The notes below the pieces were generated by a model. The model saw nothing but the letters and a program-made list of their open reading frames with translations, ran no database searches and was not told the origin of the DNA. This document shows, one piece after another, positions 1 to 7,242 of a stretch of DNA of 20,000 nt (the first letter of the stretch is position 1; each line of letters starts with the position of its first letter). Source of the DNA: an uncultured virus (IMG/VR IMGVR_UViG_2576861536_000004) (taxonomy: Duplodnaviria > Heunggongvirae > Uroviricota > Caudoviricetes); the IMG/VR virus record IMGVR_UViG_2576861536_000004. The stretch is one strand, 5' to 3'. Position numbers and translations under genes: made by a program.

Positions 1-2
1 TC

Positions 3-467
3 CCTAATTTATTCTTGGCGGCTATAGTGGGAGCGATGGGAGCTATACAAGTTGCAACGATAGCGGCAACTCCGATTCCTTCTTATGCTGAAGGTACTAA
101 AGGCAATGGGCATCCCGGAGGAAAGGCTCTCGTTGGTGATGCAGGAAAGCGCGAAGCTGTTTTGTATAACGGTATGGCTTGGATCACTCCGGATACTCCT
201 ATGATTGTAGATTTACCATACGGTGCCCAGGTTCTTCCGGATGTAGAGCAAATGGGAGGATTACCTGATTGGAGACCACTTAATGTCTTTCCGGGTTCTT
301 TTGAAAACTCTCGACCTGTCAATCATACCACAGTTGTGAATAATAATTTCTCTAAATTGGAAAAACGGGTTGACAGGACGAATCAGTTACTGCAAGAAAG
401 TATTAAGCAGCAACGGAAAATCGCTCTTGATGCTGAGTTTGAATTATATAAATTGAGGAAGTTATGA
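3..467 (+). CDS. C-terminal part of probable phage tail tape measure protein (partial, open at the left edge)
   Basis: The frame is open from position 3 (PNLFLAAIVGAMGAIQVATIAATPIPSYAEGT...), so the TTG at 15 is not the true start. A hydrophobic Ala-rich helix followed by PxYAxGT...ALVGDAGKREAV...PYGAQVLP matches the usual end of Bacteroidetes siphophage tape measure proteins. It lies upstream of tail-tip genes. Confidence 0.75.
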   Translation, partial: PNLFLAAIVGAMGAIQVATIAATPIPSYAEGTKGNGHPGGKALVGDAGKREAVLYNGMAWITPDTPMIVDLPYGAQVLPDVEQMGGLPDWRPLNVFPGSFENSRPVNHTTVVNNNFSKLEKRVDRTNQLLQESIKQQRKIALDAEFELYKLRKL

Positions 468-1042
468 AAAGCAGGTTAAATCAGTTAACTCTTTCCGATT
501 TCATAGAACTTCTATGTGGAAATCACTTGGTGCTTTGCGCACCTGGTGAAGTATTACCCAAAGAGCATCTAAATCAATGTGCGATAAAGTTAATAGGTGA
601 ATATCGGGCTATTGTTAATCCCGTTGCAACAAAAGCCATGTTGGTTGAATACGAAGATATTACAAAACAGAGAATAGATATTTTATTGCTTAGGATATGC
701 CAGACTCTAATGTCCTTGCATGTTTATGATGATGTCCGTGAAATTCTTCAAATGATTGATTGTAATAGTCTGTCAATGACGGAAGAACAAGTTAAATCGA
801 AAGTTGAAGAACTACTGCGGATGGCATTATTTGAGCAGAAACGTAATGATGAAATGCGGGAAGAGGAGATGTATTCCAATAAATTAACTCCTGATCAGAT
901 CCGTGCGTCATTTGATGCTGAAATAGCTTTTATGATGACTTTTTTTAAAATGCCGATCGATCATGCAACCAATGCAGCTATTTATGCTAACATCGTCCAT
1001 CAGGTCGATGTAGATATTAAACATAAGTTGAGGAGCCGGTAG
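464..1042 (+). CDS. Hypothetical helical phage protein (192 aa), possibly tail assembly related
   Basis: ATGA overlap with the preceding gene. Predicted mostly helical and followed by an intrinsic terminator. Function is inferred from position only. Confidence 0.7.
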   Translation: MKSRLNQLTLSDFIELLCGNHLVLCAPGEVLPKEHLNQCAIKLIGEYRAIVNPVATKAMLVEYEDITKQRIDILLLRICQTLMSLHVYDDVREILQMIDCNSLSMTEEQVKSKVEELLRMALFEQKRNDEMREEEMYSNKLTPDQIRASFDAEIAFMMTFFKMPIDHATNAAIYANIVHQVDVDIKHKLRSR

Positions 1043-1058
1043 CGGTTCCTCTTTTTTT
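1030..1058 (+). terminator. Intrinsic (Rho-independent) terminator
   Basis: GAGGAGCCG-GTAG-CGGTTCCTC forms a 9-bp stem with one G-U pair (1030-1051), directly followed by T7 (1052-1058). It overlaps the stop codon of the 192-aa gene. Confidence 0.85.
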
Positions 1059-1079
1059 CTACTATTGTCGAATTTTTTT

Positions 1080-1120
1080 TGAAGTCGTTAGTAATCTCTT
1101 AATAATCACAAACGACTTCA
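1080..1120. repeat. Perfect 10-bp inverted repeat immediately upstream of the 93-aa ORF
   Basis: TGAAGTCGTT (1080-1089) and AACGACTTCA (1111-1120), with partial further pairing inside. It ends 2 nt before ATG 1123. Confidence 0.8.
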
Positions 1121-1122
1121 TT

Positions 1123-1404
1123 ATGAATAAAAGAAACTACACACGTTGCATAAATCATTATTTATGCAGTAAAATTCTATTTAAACTTCAAGTTTTAGAG
1201 AGTGACTACAAACGGATATCCGTTGAGATTATAGCAATTAAACAACAGCTTAGTTCGTTGCCTATTGGGACTGATACATTGATTGATTCTATACAAAGGT
1301 CTGCGCAAGAGTTGCATGAACAAAGTATCATGCACCGAAAACATGTAGAGTATTGTATGAATGGTAAGTTAATGGCTGTTAGGAGGGATGGTGATGGATT
1401 TTGA
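1123..1404 (+). CDS. Small coiled-coil protein with Cys/His clusters at both ends, coupled to the sigma factor gene
   Basis: 93-aa ORF with N-terminal CxxHxxC (RCINHYLC), C-terminal HxxHxxxC (HRKHVEYC) and a heptad-like middle. It overlaps the start of the sigma gene. Confidence 0.65.
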   Translation: MNKRNYTRCINHYLCSKILFKLQVLESDYKRISVEIIAIKQQLSSLPIGTDTLIDSIQRSAQELHEQSIMHRKHVEYCMNGKLMAVRRDGDGF

Positions 1405-1867
1405 AAAAGAACTATCAGATCTCTATCCTTGGATACTTAGAATGGCAAGAAGATATTATTATTCCATTCAAGATGCAGAGGATTTAGCGAGTGACACCGT
1501 ATATAAGATGTTGGTTAACCGAGATAAATTTGACCGTAATAGAGATATGAAGCCTTGGTGTTTGATCGTCATGCAAAATACATATATAACTCAATATCGT
1601 AGGAAATCATTAATTCCTTTTATTAATTATCCTGATGTAGTAGAAAGGTACTCCTCATTTGATACTCTAAACCATTCGATACTGCAAGACATGTTATCTA
1701 TAATTCAACGTTGCGCACGAAAATCTTGTTGTATTGAAAGTGTTACTTACTATGCTGAAGGGTATTCATATGATGAAATTAGCGATATTCTTAATATACC
1801 GGTTGGAACCGTACGTAGCCGTATTTCATTTGGGAGGAAAATACTTTTTCGGGCATTTAATATGTAA
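1388..1867 (+). CDS. ECF-type sigma-70 family RNA polymerase sigma factor (start may be ATG 1394)
   Basis: Region 2 motif DAEDLASDTVYKML...KFD...KPW. Region 4 HTH motif EGYSYDEISDILNIPVGTVRSRISFGRKIL. The 159-aa length is typical of ECF sigmas. Confidence 0.92.
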   Translation: MVMDFEKELSDLYPWILRMARRYYYSIQDAEDLASDTVYKMLVNRDKFDRNRDMKPWCLIVMQNTYITQYRRKSLIPFINYPDVVERYSSFDTLNHSILQDMLSIIQRCARKSCCIESVTYYAEGYSYDEISDILNIPVGTVRSRISFGRKILFRAFNM

Positions 1868-1884
1868 AGTCGTTTTTGACGGAC

Positions 1885-1892
1885 TATCTTTG
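1885..1892 (+). promoter_or_regulatory. Candidate Bacteroidetes primary-sigma -7 element
   Basis: TATCTTTG matches the TAnnTTTG consensus. No clear, properly spaced -33 TTTG. Confidence 0.35.
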
Positions 1893-1946
1893 TATCTCGT
1901 TGAAAAATAGAATGTTATAAGCCTTTAGCACAACTTGCGCTTTTCA

Positions 1947-1985
1947 AGAAATATGCCAATTGGGAAACCGGTTGGCATTTTCTCT
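1947..1985 (+). terminator. Long stem-loop with GAAA tetraloop; possible terminator or attenuator after the sigma gene
   Basis: ATGCCAATTGG-GAAA-CCGGTTGGCAT (1953-1978) is an 11-bp stem with two G-U pairs, extendable to 1947/1983 with one bulge. It is followed by TTTCTCT. Confidence 0.6.
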
Positions 1986-1992
1986 ATATTTG
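1985..1992 (+). promoter_or_regulatory. Candidate Bacteroidetes -7 promoter element upstream of the tail-tip genes
   Basis: TATATTTG matches TAnnTTTG and ends 27 nt before ATG 2020. The expected -33 region falls inside the hairpin and is degenerate. Confidence 0.5.
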
Positions 1993-2019
1993 TCCGAAAC
2001 CTAATATGATCGTACAAGT

Positions 2020-3972
2020 ATGCTATGTAAGTTCGTTCTAATAATAGATGAAGTCTCTTATGAACTTTCCAATTCTGCTATCAAGAATTGGAAAGAGGTA
2101 AGTTATTCTCTGAAGCGAACTGATTATAGTGGAATTACCAGGACTTTTACCTCTAAATTTGAGTTTATTAATGATGCCTATGATTTGTTGTTGTCTGAAT
2201 ATAGGCAGCAATATCTCATGGCGGCTGCCATGATTGAGGTTTACACTGTCACCAATAATCATGAATATGAATTACGATTCCGTTGCCCGCTCGATTTTTC
2301 GTCGATGAAGATAGAGGCTGGCGTTCTTTCTATGAACTCAGTTGATGATAGTATTGCTTCATTGATTAAATCTCAGAAAGGAACTCAATTTGAGTACCTT
2401 GTGAAGGATATGAAAGAAGCGAAGCAATTGTATTATGATAGATTGGAGCTAAGAAACAATATTAAATATGTAATCGTAGGCGATAAAACAGACGATAATG
2501 GTAATTCTATTTTTGTCTTTAGCTCTAATAAGGATAACCCTTCTAATGAAAAGGATGCTATTGTTGAATATACATCTGCTGAGGTTGTCAAAAGGAGCGG
2601 CTTTTTATATACGGATCTTCCCAGAAACGAATCGGCATACCCTTTTTTCGTATCTGAAAATGGCGATTTATCGGGAACTCTGTCAGGAAGGATCGTCGTA
2701 AAGTGCTATGAAGCGACCAACATAGGATCTATTAGATTATATATATGGAGGAAGAAGAGGGCTTCTGTTTCTGTATTCAATGGTCTGTTTTATCCGGATG
2801 GAACCAGTATTGTATTTGATCTAAATGAGGCTTTCTCTATTGCTGCCGGTGAAATTTTGCATTGTTCTTTTATGATTAGTCGAGCTGAGCAATCGAATTT
2901 AGATTCAAAAGGAACTATTGAGGTCGATAGTTCTTCCCGGATTGAGCTGACTTTTAATTCAAGGTCTATACCTGAAATGATAGATGTCATTTCTCCACAA
3001 ACACTCTTGAACAAGTTACTGAATAGTATCAATGAGGGGAAAGATGGTATTATTGGGGAGATTGAATTAGGAAGTGACACGAGATTAGATAGGTCTCTGA
3101 TTGTTGCAGCTGAAAGCATACGTAATCTACCTAATGCTAAATTGTATACTTCATTCTCCAAATTTGAAGATTGGATGTGTGCTGAATTTGGTTATGTTCC
3201 TGTAATCGAGGCAAACAGAGTAATATTCAAACACCGGAATAATTTGTATTCTGGTAGGGTGACAAAGGATATCGGGGATAATATTGAATCTCCATCATAT
3301 AGCGTAAATTCTTCTATTATTTATTCGTCTTTAAAGGTTGGGTATGAAAAACAGGATTATGACAGTGTTAACGGACGTGATGAGTTCAGATTTACAAATG
3401 AATATTCTACGGGTGTTACCTTGACTGATAATGTATTTGAGTTGAAGAGCCCTTATAGGGCTGATGCGTGTGGTTTTGAACTGTTGACTCAAAAGAGGGG
3501 TGAAGATACTACCGATTCAAGCAATGATAATGATACCTTTTTTGTATGCTCTCAAATGAGTGAGAATGGATCGCGCTATGAGCTTGTACGTGATGGCTAC
3601 ACCATATCTGGCGTGCTCACTCCTGATAGTATGTTCAATGTAATGTACTCTCCACGATTTATGATAGAGGCCAACAAGAGATTTATTGGCGTATTTGCTA
3701 AAACACTGTTGTTTTCTTCCTCTGAGGGAAATGCAGACATTGTAGTAAACGGTGTTGTAGAGAATGCTGATATAGATATTAATGGAGGGCTGTTTACGGT
3801 TGGTGAATTTGACTTTATAACAAACGATGATACTTTACCCCCTGACATGTGTGGGTTAGTCCGTTGCATATTCGATAACGATGTGTATTTCGGATACGTT
3901 AAAGAGGTTGGCTGCAAGTATGGGCAGTACGATGGCATGAATTATAAACTGTTTGTGAATTCAATTCAATAG
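2020..3972 (+). CDS. Phage tail-tip/baseplate-hub-like structural protein (650 aa)
   Basis: Long beta-rich ORF between the tape measure and fibre genes. It resembles Bacteroidales prophage minor tail proteins. The exact role is inferred from synteny. Confidence 0.6.
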   Translation: MLCKFVLIIDEVSYELSNSAIKNWKEVSYSLKRTDYSGITRTFTSKFEFINDAYDLLLSEYRQQYLMAAAMIEVYTVTNNHEYELRFRCPLDFSSMKIEAGVLSMNSVDDSIASLIKSQKGTQFEYLVKDMKEAKQLYYDRLELRNNIKYVIVGDKTDDNGNSIFVFSSNKDNPSNEKDAIVEYTSAEVVKRSGFLYTDLPRNESAYPFFVSENGDLSGTLSGRIVVKCYEATNIGSIRLYIWRKKRASVSVFNGLFYPDGTSIVFDLNEAFSIAAGEILHCSFMISRAEQSNLDSKGTIEVDSSSRIELTFNSRSIPEMIDVISPQTLLNKLLNSINEGKDGIIGEIELGSDTRLDRSLIVAAESIRNLPNAKLYTSFSKFEDWMCAEFGYVPVIEANRVIFKHRNNLYSGRVTKDIGDNIESPSYSVNSSIIYSSLKVGYEKQDYDSVNGRDEFRFTNEYSTGVTLTDNVFELKSPYRADACGFELLTQKRGEDTTDSSNDNDTFFVCSQMSENGSRYELVRDGYTISGVLTPDSMFNVMYSPRFMIEANKRFIGVFAKTLLFSSSEGNADIVVNGVVENADIDINGGLFTVGEFDFITNDDTLPPDMCGLVRCIFDNDVYFGYVKEVGCKYGQYDGMNYKLFVNSIQ

Positions 3973-3978
3973 AATTAT

Positions 3979-4806
3979 ATGTATAAAGTGAGTCCCTTTA
4001 CACCGTTGTTCTTCAATCCCTCTAATGATAAGTTTGGGATAGAAAGTAGATATATCCAAAAGTTTTCCTCTTTTGATCAGATACTTATTGAAGTGATTGC
4101 CGTATCCGAGTTTAACCCAATTGTTGGCAATATAATTGATGTAATGACTGGCAAAAAAAATGTTGTAGAATGGAAAGTATGGGTTATGAATAGTACAATG
4201 ACGCTTTATTATTACATCCTTTCAGGGTTGAATACTGGGTATTATAGGTTTGAGATAAATGGTGTTGCCAGTGATATGTTTGAGGTTACAGATGATGAAC
4301 GGGAGTTGTCTAAAACGACTCTTATTCAATATTCCATGAAAGACAATAAGCAGCGTAAAGATGGTTTCTTTTTTATTGCGGAAAAGCAATATTTTTTTGA
4401 CTGGCGCGCACCTGGTGGATTTCAAGACATGAATTGGGGGTTTAGTGTATCAAATGAGCAGTTTGTGACAACAGATGAAGATGTTATTGATTTATATTCA
4501 TCTGAAAGCACACAGAAGGCTTTTACATTAGGTAACGCTGAAGGTTGCCCTGTATGGTATGCAGAAATGTTAAACAGAATAATGAGTTGTACTTATGTAT
4601 ATTTTAATGGTGAGCGCTATGTACGCAAGGATGGCAGTGTCCCCGAAATGAATCAGGTAAATGAAGGGCTTAACAGCTACGTATTCAGTATGTCGGTACA
4701 ACCGGTTCTCAACATTGATAAGGGTGAATCTAACAACCAACTAATCATCAGAAGAGTTGACAGAGATAGATATCGGAGTGTTAACAACAAGTTGCTAATT
4801 TTATGA
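3979..4806 (+). CDS. Phage minor tail protein (275 aa)
   Basis: Begins 6 nt after the previous stop and has an ATGA overlap with the next gene. N-terminal SPFTPLFF, beta-rich and aromatic sequence. Tail-module context. Confidence 0.6.
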   Translation: MYKVSPFTPLFFNPSNDKFGIESRYIQKFSSFDQILIEVIAVSEFNPIVGNIIDVMTGKKNVVEWKVWVMNSTMTLYYYILSGLNTGYYRFEINGVASDMFEVTDDERELSKTTLIQYSMKDNKQRKDGFFFIAEKQYFFDWRAPGGFQDMNWGFSVSNEQFVTTDEDVIDLYSSESTQKAFTLGNAEGCPVWYAEMLNRIMSCTYVYFNGERYVRKDGSVPEMNQVNEGLNSYVFSMSVQPVLNIDKGESNNQLIIRRVDRDRYRSVNNKLLIL

Positions 4807-7238
4807 CAGAGGGTGAAATCCAGCAGATAGTTGATGTGGTACTTAGTCTTTTAAAAAAAGACAGCCTGACGATAAACGAGCTTTCTCATACAGATGTGCT
4901 TGTGGAAGATGACTATGTGGAATTGAATAATGGTCGTAAAGCGTCGTTTGCCGATATACGGGAGTTTATAAAGGAAAAAGTTAAGCAGTCAATTGAGGTT
5001 ATAGCCAAGGATGATAACCAAACGGTACCATCTGACACAAACGTTTTTTCTTCTATTCGCACATTATTTGAAATTCTTAAGAATAATGACTTATTAAAAA
5101 AGATTTTCCTTCGCAAAGATCAAGCCGATAGCACCAATTATCTGTTGACCATGTTTGCCGGTGCCTTGTTCGGCAATTTCTCCGAAGGCCCTTTAGGTTC
5201 CGGTGCCTGTGTCAAGATTGATCCTATTACGGGTAAGTCCTACATAGAAGTAGATGAACTCTTCGTCCGCATGAAAGCCTATTTCACGGAACTTATAATT
5301 GCTACCCTACGTCATGTTGGCGGTAACTATATCCTGACTCCGGCAAGCATGAAATGTATCAAAGTGGAGGAGTTAGCTGACGTCTATCGCTGTTATTTCA
5401 AAAAGACGGACGGTGACCGTACTATTCATAACGAGTTTGTGGCCGGTGACCAGGCAACGATCCGTGAGTTCAATATTGAGCCCGGGGTGCATGAAAACGT
5501 TGGCAATCGCCATTACTGGCGCCTGGTCACTGCCATCGGTGATGATTACATCGATTTGTCTAAAACGGATTGCGATACTAACAGCGACGCGCCGGAGGCC
5601 GGTGATGACATCTGCCAGTTAGGTAACCGCAATGACCGTAGCCGGATGAACGCCATCATACTGTCTTCTTACGGTGATGACGCCCCAAGTTCGAAACAGT
5701 ATGCCGGGATTGACTCTTACTCCCTGGAAGGTAAAGAAGTCACCGTCGAATCCCCTTCGGGTAACCGCTACGTCGGTGATTTCGTGTTAGAGACAGGTAT
5801 CAGTATCGCCACACAGCTAAAGGTATTGGAGAACCTTATCAAGACAGAGATTCAGAATATCGAGTACTGGATCAACGATGAAGATAACTATCTTCGTAAC
5901 GCCTCTTTCTCACTGAACTTAGAGAACTGGCAACGCGAATCCGATCTGCAAGTTCTGACAGCTGAGCAGCCTCTGGTTGTTAATTCAGAATATTACGCTG
6001 ATGCGACCAAGATCGCTGAGGTGGTGAATCACGGCGATAAGTTCATGCTCCGGATCAAAAATAGTTTTGTAAAGCAGTTGAACAGTGATTTGGATCATCC
6101 TGAGAAGTCCGGCAAGTTCTACGTCTCTTTCCGTTATATCTGTGGAGGTTCCGGTACGCTCACATGCGGCTTTGAGGGACAAGAGTTGTACAAGGCAGTC
6201 CCCATCGCCATCAACCGCCAGTTCCGTATTTTTGAATTTTCCGGTGACTGGGACGGTAGCGGTGATTTCCTGCTCCGGTTCACCGGTGATATCTACATCA
6301 ACCTGCTGACACTGACCAACCGCCCGTTGGACGATTTCAGGAAAGAGGTATCCAGCAAATTCGAACAGACCTCCAGTAGTATCACAGCCGCTGTGAAAGC
6401 CATTGATAATATCAACAAGACTATCCGGGAAAGCGGTTGGCTGACAACGCAGGACGGTACGAAAATATGGGCGTCCGCCCAATGGCCGGACGGCACCAAG
6501 GCCCTGTCCTTGTTCAATGTAACCCCCGAAGGCATCTTCCTGGACGGTTCGCACATCAACCTCAAGGGCCTTGTCACCTTTGAAAGCTTCAGTGCCGATT
6601 TCCAGACCGCCTATAACCAGGCATTCGGCAATGCCAGCATGACCGCCAAAGATGATGTCGCCCGGCAATTGGGTTATAATAATTACTCGCAGTTGGTCGA
6701 GAACGCCGCGACTAACGGCAAAGCGATTATGATCGGCGGATACCTGAATCTGGAATTGATTGACGTTGATACCCTGCTCGCAAACAAGGTCTTCTCAAAC
6801 AAAGTGGTTACTTCTCTTGCCGGCAAGCGCATCGAGATCGATCCTGCGAAAAACGCAATAGTCATGTATAATCAGGGAGAAGAAAAGGTAGCGGAACTCT
6901 ATTTCTTTGATGAAGAGGGCTATGATTATAGTCAGGGATACCTTCAGTTAATCAGTTATCGCAGTAATAAGGAAGTAGGTAAAGCTGTCATAGGTGCGTA
7001 TAGTATCGGACTGATGCTTTCGGATGGTGGTGTAGTGAATCTCTCGGAAAGAGGTGTCGAAGTTAATAGACTGATCGGAAATAATTGGAAGACACTTAGT
7101 GTCGGTCTTTATCCTTTAATGACCGGTGGCACCGTTTCCGACTATATCACAAATATTTCAAGTAACAGTTGGCCAACCAAGGACAACGCACTTCCAAACA
7201 GTATTTACGTAGAAAACGGTATATTAAAAGTAAAATAA
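4803..7238 (+). CDS. Phage tail fibre/host-specificity protein (811 aa)
   Basis: Bacteroidetes phage tail motifs (PSDTNVFSSIRT...FLRKDQAD, KSYIEVDELFVRMKAYF, PEAGDDICQLGNR). A CBM-like jelly roll starts at NYLRNASF (about 5886-6315). Fibre-like segments SSKFEQTSSSIT and LFNVTPEGIFLDGSHINLKG follow, then a lower-GC tip region. Confidence 0.75.
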   Translation: MTEGEIQQIVDVVLSLLKKDSLTINELSHTDVLVEDDYVELNNGRKASFADIREFIKEKVKQSIEVIAKDDNQTVPSDTNVFSSIRTLFEILKNNDLLKKIFLRKDQADSTNYLLTMFAGALFGNFSEGPLGSGACVKIDPITGKSYIEVDELFVRMKAYFTELIIATLRHVGGNYILTPASMKCIKVEELADVYRCYFKKTDGDRTIHNEFVAGDQATIREFNIEPGVHENVGNRHYWRLVTAIGDDYIDLSKTDCDTNSDAPEAGDDICQLGNRNDRSRMNAIILSSYGDDAPSSKQYAGIDSYSLEGKEVTVESPSGNRYVGDFVLETGISIATQLKVLENLIKTEIQNIEYWINDEDNYLRNASFSLNLENWQRESDLQVLTAEQPLVVNSEYYADATKIAEVVNHGDKFMLRIKNSFVKQLNSDLDHPEKSGKFYVSFRYICGGSGTLTCGFEGQELYKAVPIAINRQFRIFEFSGDWDGSGDFLLRFTGDIYINLLTLTNRPLDDFRKEVSSKFEQTSSSITAAVKAIDNINKTIRESGWLTTQDGTKIWASAQWPDGTKALSLFNVTPEGIFLDGSHINLKGLVTFESFSADFQTAYNQAFGNASMTAKDDVARQLGYNNYSQLVENAATNGKAIMIGGYLNLELIDVDTLLANKVFSNKVVTSLAGKRIEIDPAKNAIVMYNQGEEKVAELYFFDEEGYDYSQGYLQLISYRSNKEVGKAVIGAYSIGLMLSDGGVVNLSERGVEVNRLIGNNWKTLSVGLYPLMTGGTVSDYITNISSNSWPTKDNALPNSIYVENGILKVK

Positions 7239-7242
7239 TTAT

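Noticed and set aside
940..950. T-TTT-TTT slippery heptamer in the 192-aa gene as a tail-chaperone -1 frameshift site
   Set aside because: The -1 frame hits TAA immediately (946-948), and the gene lies downstream of the tape measure gene, not upstream as for lambda G/GT.
1066..1072. TGTCGAA resembling a Spo0A box
   Set aside because: All other signals indicate a Bacteroidetes host, which lacks Spo0A, and a single 7-mer is expected by chance.
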